A DNA stretch of 64,000 nt from contig NC_043016.1 in the NCBI RefSeq assembly GCF_006345805.1, positions 25,110,001 through 25,174,000 on the forward strand. Direction: 5' to 3'. Below the pieces are notes generated by a model. It had not been told where the DNA came from and ran no database searches. It saw nothing but the letters and a program-made list of their open reading frames with translations. This DNA comes from Octopus sinensis (Eukaryota). Both the position numbers and the translations under genes were made by a program. Shown here piece after piece: positions 36,939 through 51,179 of this stretch (within the stretch, counting starts at the first letter, position 1; every line of letters begins with the position of its first letter).

Positions 36939-38520
36939 TAGAAAGGAGGGGAAAGACTAAAGAATAAAAAGAAAAGATTCAGAAAAAGGATATCATAATA
37001 AGTAAAACAAAAACAAGTCTTCATAGAGTTAAAATATTCAAATAATCCCTAAACATTTCATAGAACAGAACTCCTGGAGTTATTAATTCTATCACCAAAG
37101 ACTTTGAATTTTGCATAGTTTTGTTAATAACATCAATTCATTCTACCCTCCTCCACAGCTTTCTTCAACTACATTGAGGTTAAATAGAGTGAATATAGTT
37201 GGTTTTTGCTTTTCACAGGAACATGACGATAACACTGGTATTGAAAAGGCCTCAATCATCAGAACATTATAATTAATGTTTACAAGGATTAATTAGTTCT
37301 ACTGACAACTAGCCAAGTTCTTGCATAAGGAGAAATCATATTTTCACGTCCAGTAGAGTAAGTCACCCAGTTTCAAGAAAATTTGAAGAATTAACCATTT
37401 AGCTTATTTTCAGAAAGCTGGATTGGTTGATAAGATTGAGTAAGAATGCCATGAAATTAAGTTAAAAACTATCTTCTTTGTAAGCCTGTGATCTTGTGAT
37501 AATTCTTTTAGATCCTCCTTATTAGTAGGTTAACTTCCATTTATACAGACAAAGTGAAGTAACCAAGTTTAGGTAGAGTAGGGGGATAAAATTGTTAAAC
37601 AATCAAAGAAGTAAAAGAAAATAACAAGGAATATAAATTTAAGGAATAGAATGAAGCTTAAAAAATAAATTGTATTTTACAAGTAAATCATTAATTACAA
37701 AATTTTAAAGAATGTTGTAATTAATAGATTTTTTTTATACTAAAGAAATAAAAAATATTACACTCCATTTCATTTATACATTACCAAATTTATATATTGA
37801 TTAGAAAAACAAGACAAAAAAATATTAATCTGCACCAGATCACCAGACAAGGACATTTGCTGATACTATTGCCATAAATTATGAAGTAAAAGGAAAAAAA
37901 TTAAGAACTGTGACAACAGCTCTACCAAACTATAACCATATATTTTAGGAAATTTCTTAAGAACTAAATGTAGTTGGAAAAAAAAACTAAATAAAAATAA
38001 ACTTCAATAAATGCAAGTAAATAAAATATAAATTTCAACAATTAGGAACTTGAAAGTAATTCTGGACAATTTTCTTAAATTGCTTATAAAATATAAAAAT
38101 CTAAACTTTTTCAATAAGGCATTTCACAATCCTTGAAATATTGTCAAGCAGTCAAAAACATGCAGTATAACCTTAACAATTATTACAATTAACACAGGAA
38201 TAAAGAAATTCTTTAGTAATTTAGCAGTAGTTGTTTATTTTATATTTTGAAGAATTTATTAACAGCTATATATTAAAAAAAAAAAACAAGAAAAAAATTT
38301 TTTGCAATGTTTAATTAAAGATTCACAATGTCATTATATTGTTACGCAATGTATTCTTCCATTCATAAAAACATCACGACAGCATTACTATGTGAGATGA
38401 GAGATAGGACCAAACAATGTCCAAGTTAAACATGGATGTCGTTAATTCCTTTAATTGGTAAAATACCTAGAAGTACGGACCAACAATGGTGTATATTTCA
38501 AACCACAAGATCAAGATTAC

Positions 38521-38730
38521 TAACCCTTGTGATACTATCCTACCAGGGATCACCCTTCGTTCTACAATTCAAACTTTTTGTTTTAAAGTGAATTAAATTA
38601 AAACCTTCTACCAACATTTCATGTTAATTTATGTTCTGAACCCTAGCTTACTAAATTCTTCATTATTTTCAAAACTAATTGAAACAAAGGCAGTATAATC
38701 CAATAGAAATTTGGTAACAAAAGAGCTTAA
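38521..38730. mobile_element. piggyBac-like MITE
   Basis: Termini TAACCCTTGTGATAC / GGTAACAAAAGAGCTTAA; internal sequence partly duplicated at 38750-38880. Confidence 0.6.
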
Positions 38731-39049
38731 GTGATCTAATAAAACTTTCCATCAAAATTTCATGTTAATTTATATTCTAAACATTAGAGAAATAATGACT
38801 AAGTTATTTTACTATATTCTTCATTAATTCAAAATTAATTCAATCAAAGAAAGAATATTTCAACTAAATTAAGGCAAAAAAGGACTTGCTCTGCCAGTGA
38901 AAATTACAATAAATGTAAATATTACTTAAATGGTTTGTGATTAAAAAGGTTTGAAATGTTTATATATTAACAGCTGATAAATTGTGATTGAGATGATAAA
39001 ATGGCGATTAGCAACAAATATAAAAAAAACAATAAAGAAACTTAGAAAT

Positions 39050-39420
39050 GGATAGGAATAACTGTTTAATTAGTGAAATAAATAATAATTAACAGTGCAT
39101 AGTTTAGTGAAATATAAATTAATAAGAATAACTAACACTATGTAATTTAATGAAATAAGTAATAACTCAATTGGAATGACTAGTTGTTTGTAGTTTAGTT
39201 AAATCAATAATTCATTAGGAATAACAAATAGGAATATTTTAACAGGACTAAATAAATGATGTCATAATTCCGTTGGACTAACTAGCAGTATGTAGTTTAA
39301 TGAAATAAGATTTACTTAAATTGGAATAACTAACAATGTATAGGTCAGTGACTTATTAGACATAATTCATTAAGTATAACTAATAGTGAATAGTTTAGTG
39401 AAAAAAATAATAATTCAATA
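39050..39420. repeat. Degenerate ~45-50-bp AT-rich minisatellite
   Basis: Recurring ATAACTAACA..TGTAGTTTA(A/G)TGAAATAA..ATAATTCA motif. Confidence 0.7.
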
Positions 39421-40401
39421 AAAAAGAAATAACACATAGAAATGATAGATATATGTGAAACAAGTTTAGTTTTAAATGTGAAAGTAAGAAGGATCAACAT
39501 TAACAGAGTCAGAAATGTTTCTTTCTCTAAATGTGAATTACACATTTGCTTTCATCATTCTGTGTAGATGATGGTAGAGAGGTACTTTAATAGTTTCGTC
39601 AGAACTGTTTCAGGATAAAACATGGGATGTTGTCTGTGGCTGTTGATAATCAGTGGACAATAAGGTCATATAACGCCACTCTTTACTATGGTTATATAAT
39701 ACAAATCTCTCTTTCAATTGTTAAATTCACAAATATCACCAAAATGGCCTCCAATAATTGCAAAGAGAAAATCTTTGCAACATCTCAAGTCCTGAGTCAC
39801 CTAAGGCTTAAACAAGATATTTAAGACTTCATCAAAATTCTAAATGAAGAAAAAAAAAGAAAAAATTACCGACATTTTTAATTCAAGGAAAAAAAAAACC
39901 TTAACAAATGTCATTCTCAGAAAATAAACTTAGAGCAAAATGGGACAATGTGCATACCATTGTTTGATGGAGTAGAGCAGAAAAATTTATGTTCTTCAGA
40001 AAAATAAGATTTTCAGCAAAAACTTTTGTGAACTACAAAACATGAAATGAATTGACTCCGTTATGAGCCATTAGCTATTAAACAACAAATCAAAAACATC
40101 CAACAAATATTAAAAAGTGGAATTCATTTCTTTTTTTAAAGACTACTTATTAGCAGTTATCATTTACAAATTAAATGTCATTAAACTATGGAAAAAACAA
40201 AATTAGCTAAAAAATAGTGCATATTTTAATCAAGTTGATAATCAAGAAGGAAATATATACAAACATCTTTAGTTTTTTTTCCCTCTGAGCAAGAAAAAAA
40301 TATCTAAAGATGGTAGGGCTTATATACATATGTACACAAATATGTAATAATATATAATCACAAACAAAATTTAAGATAAAAGAGGAGAGGTAGGAATTCA
40401 A

Positions 40402-40667
<266 letters not shown>

Positions 40668-40980
40668 ACCTGTAGACAACTATGCATATTATAATATATA
40701 TATAGTTACATCTTACAAGCAATTACAAAAATCAAGTCAAATTCCTTTGATAATAATAATAATAATAATAATGACAACAATAGCTATTTTTTCTACTATA
40801 GGCACAAAGCCTGAAATTTGGTGGGGAACAAGTCAATTACAGCGACCTCAGTCCTTAACTGGTAATTACTTTATCAACCCCAAACGGATGAGATGAAACG
40901 TAGAGTCAACCTCAGTGGAATTTGAACTCAGAACATAAAGCTGGTAGAAATGCAGCTAACAATTCTGCCAGCTTACCATG

Positions 40981-41028
<48 letters not shown>

Positions 41029-44000
41029 AATAATAATAAAATACTCCTGAAGTTTAAACAAGGCTTCCAAGAATATTGATGGATTTCTTAATAATAATTA
41101 TAACAATTAAGAACAAAATTGTAAGAAAAATAATTATTTAATACTGAAAGAAACAGATTTTGAAAAAAATCAAATGTTAATATTTTTGATATAGTGTTCC
41201 AAGATTGTTGTTCTTGCTTCATGAGAATACCCTACCTCACTATATATATATAACAGATGGAAGTTTGGTACAATAAAGCAGACTAGTAATAATTGTAGAG
41301 CAACTAATTAAGTCTAAACTTTTAATAATGCTGCACATTAATTAATTGAAGTAATTGAAACACTGATTTTTCCTGGCAGAATCACCAGAAATGAATGAAT
41401 GCATACATGCACAATATTTTACATTTAACTAGAAACTACTGGCTTATGTAACAAGACAGTATTACTGAAAGCTATTTTTTTTTCTTTTCTTTTTTTTTTT
41501 TCAATTGAAGGACACCAATTATTGCCCAAACAGCTAAATAGAGAAAATTACAACTGAAGACAGTAAGACTTCATGAAATACATTTTGTATCCAATGACTT
41601 TTCCTATTTTAACACTACAGAAGTGCTTTCAGACCCGAGAATGTGAATGCATGTACATTATTTGTAACTTTCCATGACAGTGTTAAAGCAAATAGTCTGC
41701 CATCAGCTTGGCAGTATAGTTATTTTTACATAGTCAAATGATAGAACTCAATATCACCAACAATACAATGCTCCAGTCTTTTCATAAATGGTTGCCGCAA
41801 ACTAAATTTGACAAGCAATACAAATTCTGCCTTAATGGAGTTAGGATACTTCAATTTAAAGATTGACAAAAAAAAAAAAGCAAAAGTATCAAGGATGTAT
41901 ATTTGGTAAACTTAACCAAGGATTTAGCTAATAATGTTATAGACTAAACAACATATTAGTCATCCAATTAATCTCACAGTAAATTATGCTCTTAAAAAGG
42001 AAATATATTTTTTGTTTTTGCTATAAAGCAGATTGTAAAGATTGTTAAATATCAGTCTATCTAAATTGATATTTGATGTTTGAAAGTTAAGTAAATATAT
42101 GGCATACCATTATAACCAAAATCATGGTCTACCAACACACTGTGCATTAGTGTTGATTAATGTTTCATTCTAAAGTGGTAGCCATACCTGACTGAAAATT
42201 AATCACCAAAAATGCTGCCATGGGTAAAATGATTGACTTTTAATTGCAACAACAGATTGCTCTCAACTGCACAACAGCATTTCTCCCTCACAGCACAAAT
42301 CTCATGAGTTTCTGTAAACTTAGAAATTTTTCCAAGAATTGTTAGGAATTAGCAATGTATGCAATAAATTGAGCAGCCTGTAAATCTTGTCGGACACAAG
42401 GCTTTTAGCCAAAGAGTTCAATAGTACAGCACTTAATGTTCCACTGATTACTGGGGATGGTCATACAATAACATAATCATAGCGTTCCAAAACAAAAAGA
42501 AAGACGAAACGACTCAGGTTGTTAAAAATAAATGCTAATTAGAAACTCGTGTCAATACCAATTTGTTTTCATTTTTTGCAAACAAACCCACACACATTTG
42601 AATGCTGATTTTGAAGCAGAGAATATTCTGCTTTCCTTTCATGCTGCCATGTAAATACTTCTCTTCACACATTGATGGTGAAGGTAGCAGTACAAAACAA
42701 ACTACTAGTAAAGACTAGTAAAATATATTCCATATAGTGTGATGGTGAAGACCAGCACTCTATTAAGGCATATCTTTAAACCTTACAAATCCAGACTTCA
42801 TCAATTTCAAAATCTTGGTTAATCACCGGGTCTGAACCAAAGAAACTTTGGATATTTAATGATTAGCAATAACTTTACTAAAATTTCTTTTAGACACACA
42901 CACACATACAAGCACAAAATTACAAACAAATAAAAACATTCACCGTTATTCTCATTTTCAGGTTCTTTTTTATTAATCTATCGTCCATATTTGGTATCAA
43001 TTTGTCTCTTTGTTATCAACATTATTTTATGCTCAGTTTTACATGCTGGCATAGATTGGATGGGTTTCATAGCATTTTACCACTTGTGGTAGTCTTTCAT
43101 TGTCTGGCACACATAACAACAAAGAAAAACTGACTGTCTTTGTTGCTTTAAACAGACGCAGACAAGATTAAAATGTACCATTTAACTTCTCTGACCTGTC
43201 ACCTCCCTCATTTTCTCTCTTAACATTTAAATGGTCAGTGGGAAAACTGAAAAAGTACTCCATTCTACCATAATTTTATATCTTCAATTCTACCATAATA
43301 TCATATCATCAATTAATTAGTCAATCAAGCAACATTAATATCATCATCAGCAGTGTGATATACTGCATAGATGAGAGACAATTATATATGGCTGCAACAG
43401 TTATTTTAAAATAACTAATAGTAAAAAGAAAATCACATTATTTGGGATGGCAGATTTAGACATGTCATTTTTATTGAAGCCAACGACATCCATACATACA
43501 CACAGATAATAAATAAAATGAAATTTTATAATCTTCTTCAATAATTAATCCAAAGCCTAGAGTTACATAGGATTACTTTGAGTCATTCAAGAGCTAGAAC
43601 CCGTGTCACATAGATAGTAATAAGAAACAACCAAAAAAAGCAACTGTCTGTCTTAATTCTATTTAATATGGATCTCTTTTAACTAAGATGTCATGGTATA
43701 TTTAACCCTAACAGGGTTTTTTTTCAGATAGCTGAATGGAAATTGATTATCTTGTTTTTGTTACATAAAGTGTATTCACAAACAAATGAACACACACACA
43801 CAGACAGTATCATTAGAAATGTTATAAAATACTTATATTTTACACAGAGACACAAGAAGCAAATACAACCAATAAACAAGACAACTTTATAGATTCTATT
43901 GTCAAAAAAGCTGGTATCAATTAATTAAAAATGAAATTTTGGTGAAAATAAAGCGAGAAGGTGCTGTGAAGTGGGGATGACATGAGGGTGGCGTGAAGGT

Positions 44001-44478
44001 CAGAAATGAATATGTGTCCAAAAACTAACAACCAAATTAAGGCACAATAATAAATGATTGAATTATTTATATTTTAAGGATTTCATTTTTGAGACTTTTT
44101 TTACATAACACTTTCTAGCAACATAATATTACATGATATTACAAAACACATCAAAATTACATTTGAATACATTATATATATATAGATATCATATATATAT
44201 ATATATATAGAATATCTATAATTATATATATGTATAATATATACACATTAACCACACCACACTATATATATATCAGCATATTTCTGACAGTAATCCACCC
44301 AAATTAAACACACATGTATCATTATACAGACGAACAAAAGTATACATACAAGCACACATTATCATATATCCATACATATTGTGTGTGCATGTGTGTGGAA
44401 TGTTTCAGTCTTAACATTAACTGAAGAATTACTCATACTTTTTAGTAGAATACATGTTAACCTTTTAAAGGAACAGTT

Positions 44479-44523
44479 TGACAGTGACTTTGAAGCTTTG
44501 GTTTCATCTTCATCAGACTGTCA
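44479..44523 (-). ncRNA. Hammerhead motif with collapsed helix II
   Basis: Minus strand TGACAGT-CTGATGA-AGAT-GAAAC CAAAGCTTCAAA GTC-ACTGTCA. Perfect 7-bp helix I and complete core nucleotides; helix II is only 4 nt. Confidence 0.65.
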
Positions 44524-44564
44524 GTAAAAGTGTAATGAACACATACACACACCATGCACATACT

Positions 44565-46245
<1,681 letters not shown>

Positions 46246-47315
46246 TACACACACTAGGATGAGGGTTAAATCAATTGGGATAAGGAAAGGTAAAGAAAAA
46301 CATGAAAAGAACAATGATGTAGTCATTGAAAGGAGGAGAATGACAGTATTGTAGTTATTAGAACGTAATGTGATCATTAGCAGGTAATGACAGCAGTGTA
46401 GTTATAACCCATCACCTGGTTTAACACACAAACACCTAGCCCTTGGGTGTATTTAACAGTGACCATTCTGTTGCAAGCATTTTGGCCAGGTCTCAAGCAT
46501 GAGGATAACTTCCTCCCACAAGTTCCAGAGGTCTGCAAAAAAAAGGTCATTGGCATTGACCTTTGTTCTTTGGCTAAGCCATTAAAAAAAAATAATATAT
46601 ATACGTATATATATATATGTATATTGTTATTAGTGAGGTACTGAGAATAATGTAGGTAATTATAGTAATATAGCCATTACAAAGGTAAGGACTCTGTACA
46701 GTAGGTTCAGAATAAGACACATATCAGTGCTTGCTGCCTTTCATTTATTGATTTTTTTTTTTTTGGACAATCTTTTTTTTTTTTTATCTTTAACAGATAT
46801 ACCATTTCAAAAGAAATTATATAGAAACTTTGTTGTTGAGTTGTGTTGTCTTCTAAATTCAAAGAGATAATAGAAATTTAATTAAAAATTAATTCAGTCA
46901 AGTCATATAAGTAATTATTTGTTCAAATTACAAAATAATTAACAGGCTTGGACAGGACAGATGAAACAATAACATATATATGTATCATGAAAATACATAC
47001 ATGCATGCATCTACAAATATATACATACATATATAATTAAAATTAAAATAAGCTAAGGGAAATGGTACAGGGTGACTAGTACTAAGGATTTGAACAAAGA
47101 CTAATAAAGGTATATTAAATAACATACAAGATAAATTCTTGTATGTTCACTTTCTAAGAAGGTGAACAACACCCTAGTGGCAACAGGGACTGCCTCCAAA
47201 TGAGAAAGGGAGATAATCTCATCTCAAACATGAAAAATTTTTTTGAATTGAAAATTCATTAAAGCAAAAAAATAGAAGAGTCTGATTTTTTCTGAGACAA
47301 GAGTACAGCTAAGGG

Positions 47316-47352
47316 CACGTGTTTCTGCCTCAATAGACATCATCAGTACAGC
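47316..47352 (-). ncRNA. Minimal hammerhead relic
   Basis: Minus strand GCTGTA-CTGATGA-TGTC TATTGA GGCA-GAAACACGT-G; cleavage nucleotide is G and the 3' strand of helix I is lost. Same family as 60907-60948. Confidence 0.55.
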
Positions 47353-47913
47353 AGCATTTTGATTCCAGGAGAAGACAGGTTAGAGGAAGGATGAAAAAAA
47401 ACAAAAGAGATATAGGGACAAGTTATATTTCTGACATATCACAACTACAGCAATTTCCCTGAAGCCTTGTTTGTTTACTTACATTCAGAAGAGTATGAAT
47501 ATTTGTTTTAAAAGCAAAAGAAAAATGTAGTTTTTAAATAAATACTAAATATCAAAATATAAGCAAAGAAATCCATAAAATATGTAGGGAAACCAATACT
47601 TTAAAACCCTACATCAACCTTCTGTTTCATTGTTGAAGGAAAAAACACTAATATTTGAGCTCTATATGAACTGACACACAAACATGCATAGAGTAAGGGT
47701 TGCTTTGCTGTAGTGGTTAGCAAGGCCAAACAGTTTATGATAGATGTGAGGTTCAATTTCCACAGGTGAAAACTTATAAATATTTTCCCATCTTCTATTA
47801 TGTATGTTTATGTATGTGTAGTGTGTGTAAGAAAATAATTTATAGTGTTCCTTAAACCTATTGTCTTTGGAGTAATGACTTATATTATAAAAAAATATTC
47901 ACCATTAGAATAA

Positions 47914-48013
47914 NNNNNNNNNNNNNNNNNNNNNNNNNNNNNNNNNNNNNNNNNNNNNNNNNNNNNNNNNNNNNNNNNNNNNNNNNNNNNNNNNNNNNNN
48001 NNNNNNNNNNNNN
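47914..48013. other. Assembly gap (exactly 100 N)
   Basis: A round 100-N run usually marks a scaffold join of unknown size. Confidence 0.99.
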
Positions 48014-48362
48014 TACCCCCTTCCACTTCGTCAAAGGCTTCAAGTAACATATCTCTAAATCTCTGTCCATTCACAGGGTCTTTAAGCTTCCAGACCCTTC
48101 TTCTCCATGTTGGTCGTCTTCTAGTCGACCTCTTAGTCCTGATCCTAAAGTCACTAACTACCAGTCTATGTTGTGGGGTGCATTCTTCGCACCGGAAGGT
48201 TTTGGCATTTATAAGCAGCCATCTTTCCCTTTTTCTGGCGAGGATGTAGTCGATTTACCATCATTTTTTCCATTTTTTTGCTATTTTTTGGCTATAACTC
48301 TCTAAAAATGCTTTATAGTTATTTCCCTTATAAACCTGAGCAACGCCGGGCGATACTGCTAG
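48014..48362 (+). mobile_element. Helitron-like 3' end
   Basis: Subterminal GC-rich hairpin-like CCTGAGCAACGCCGGG followed by CTAG|T terminus at 48359-48363. Confidence 0.65.
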
Positions 48363-48719
48363 TATATATATATATGTACTCATTCATTTATTAAACATGT
48401 GTAAGAAATGGCTGTAATGAAGTGACATGTATCCATGGTCTGTTATTATTCATTTGCCTATAATGCACCAAAGGAATTCACAATATATCGGACATCCTAG
48501 GATATAATATGTAATGTATGATAAAGAATCAACACAGCGTTTGCTTTGAACCAGTCCGTGGGCACTAAATACTCAACCTGAATATTTTACAGGATATTTA
48601 TTCGACTAAGGTTAGCAATCACAAGTTAGCTCAACCCTAGCTGGTGCATATCATTTATGTCTCCAATTCTTTTAAGAATCCTTATTGTTATTATGATATA
48701 TATATATATCATCATCATC

Positions 48720-48965
48720 ATCGTTTAACGTCCGTTTTCCATGCTAGCATGGGTTGGAGGATTTTGACTGAGGGCTGGTGAGCCAGATGGCTGCACCAGG
48801 CTCCAATCTTGATATGGCACAAGTTTCTACAGCTGGATGCCCTTCCTCATGCCAACCACTCCGAGAGTGTAGTGGGTGCTTTTTACGTGCCACCGGCACG
48901 GGGGCCAGTCAGGCGGTACTGGCATTGACCTCGCTCGAATCTTTTTACACGTGCAACCGGCACAG
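48720..48965 (-). mobile_element. RTE-derived 3' tail
   Basis: Reverse complement of 14900-15115. Confidence 0.85.
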
Positions 48966-49589
48966 GTGACAGTGAAGCGATGTTATACACATATATACGA
49001 CGGGCCTCCTTCAGCTCCCGTCCACTAAATCCACTCACAAGGCCTTGGTCGGCCACCCAAAGTGCCACGCAGTGGGACCGAACCCGGAACCATGTGGTTG
49101 TTAAGCAAGCTACTTACCACACAGCCACTCCTTGCGCCTATAATGCATTATCTCATAGCTTTCGGATTTCAATGATGTGATTGTTTATTTTTAGAATGGC
49201 ATTGTAGGATAGGCGTGAGAAGCTGGATCTAGTCAGTTTAAATGTAAAACAGGCAGTATAATATAGGTCAGATATGGCCAGTTTAAATGCTAAAGGATTA
49301 AGCTAATGTTTGGAACATGAATTAACATAAAATTCTGTTGGGTTGTTTTAATTTAGATAATTTTAAAACAGGTTTTGCATCAGAGAACCAGGATGCGGTC
49401 TTGGGCAAGTTGGTATCAAAAGGTTAAAATAATAATGAAGATAATGATGAAGATAATCATGGTGATGATGATCATCATCATGGTGGTGATGACGATGGAG
49501 ATCCCTCCAGCACAGTAGAAGAAGCTTTAATAATGAAAATAATGCTGGAGATAATGGGCCCTGAACAGAGCAGAAACAGAGTCTTTCAT

Positions 49590-50000
49590 CATCATCAACG
49601 TCGTCGTCCAACGTCCGCCTTCCATGCTAGCATGGGCTGGACGACCCAACCGAGGGCTAGCGAACCAGATGGCTGCACCAGGCTTCAATCTTGATCTGGC
49701 AGAGCTTCCACAGCTGGATGCCCCTCCTAACACCAAACACTCCGAGTGTGCAGTGGGTCCTTCTACGTGCCACCGGCACGAGGGCCAGTCAGGCGGAACT
49801 GGCAACAACCTCACTCGAATCTTTTTACACATGCCACCGTCACAGGTGCCAGTAAGGCGATGCTGGCAACGGTCACGCTCGAATGGTGTCTTTTATGCGC
49901 CACCAGCACGGAGGCCAGATAGCCTCTCTGGCAACGATCACACTCGGATGGTGCTCTTAACACCCTACTAGCACGGGGCTCAAGTGCCAGTAAAGCGACG
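49590..50000 (-). mobile_element. RTE-derived 3' tail with tandem units
   Basis: CCTTCCATGCTAGCATGGG...GGATGCCC...CGTGCCACCGGCAC units. Confidence 0.85.
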
Positions 50001-50529
50001 CTGATGTGCAATAGTACATAAATAACATGAAGCAATATCATTATCATGATTTTTACACCTGTTTTTTCATGACTGCATGGGTTGGATGGATCCCTCCAGC
50101 ACAGTATCGGTCAATTTGTCAAATTTCTTTTGTCATCTCATTCCTGAAGTTCAACCTCCTGAAATCAGCTTTCTTTAATTCTTCCCATGTTGTTCACAGG
50201 TTCCAACCACTTGATCTGTTTGACAATTCTTTAACCAACAGGCATGGCTGGAAGGTTAAGAAGCATGCTTTCCAACCACATGGTGCCTGGCAATGATACT
50301 TCTGCTAAAACCCCGAGTTGACCAATGCCCTGTGAGCCCTCCCCCACTGCTTGACAAACTGATGCTAGTTTATCTATGTCCCATAACTTTGTGGCTTAGC
50401 AAAGAGACCAATGGAATAAACCAGAGTTAAAAACGAGTACTAGGGTCAATTTGTTTGACTAAACCCTTTAAGGCAGTGCCCCAGCAAGGCCATAAGCCAA
50501 TGACTGAAACAAGTAAATGCTAAGAGGTA

Positions 50530-50945
50530 AATTGTATCGCCAGTGGCATGTAAAAAGCACCAACCAATCGTGGCTGTTGCCAGCCTACCCTGGTACCTAA
50601 AAAAGCACCATCCGTACGTGGCCGATGCCAGCACCGCCTTGACTGGCTTCCATGCCGGTGGCACGTAAAAAGCACCAACCGATTGTGGCCGTCGCCAGCC
50701 TCCCCTGGCACCTGTGCTGGTGGCACGCAAAAAGCACCATCCATACATGGTCGATGCCAGCGCTGCCCTGACTGGCTTCCATGCCAGTGGCACGCAAAAA
50801 GCACCCACTACACTCATGGAGTGGTTGGCATTAGGAAGGGCATCCAGCTGCAGAAACACTGCCAGATCAGACTGGCTTCCCAGAGCCCAGTCATATCGTC
50901 CAACCCATGCTAGCATGGAAAACGGACGCTAAACGATGATGATGA
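50530..50945 (+). mobile_element. RTE-derived 3' tail with alternating A/B tandem units
   Basis: Five AAAAAGCACC-anchored units, then GGAAGGGCATCCAGC...CCCATGCTAGCATGGAAAACGGACG(ATG)n. Confidence 0.85.
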
Positions 50946-51179
50946 TAATGATGATGATGATGATTTTGATCTGAATACTATATATGTATATATATATATA
51001 TGTATGTATGTATATGTATGTATGTATATACTATATCTGAATATATATATATATGCATATATTAATGGCGGTGCCCCAGCATGGCCACAGCTCAACGAGC
51101 TGAAACTAAAATCAATCAATCATATATACATATAGTTGCACACATAAATACAAATATATTCTTTCATTCTTATATGTTG

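Noticed and set aside
33330-36993. Possible minus-strand U12 intron (ATATCCTTT at 36993; TCCTTAAC near 33355)
   Set aside because: No credible exon upstream of the donor, the branch-to-3'ss spacing and terminal dinucleotide do not fit AT-AC, and such 9-mers are expected by chance in AT-rich DNA.
49500-50106. Identical 18-mer GATCCCTCCAGCACAGTA at ~49500 and ~50089
   Set aside because: Lies among RTE-derived fragments; most simply shared repeat ancestry or a small local duplication, with no further structure.
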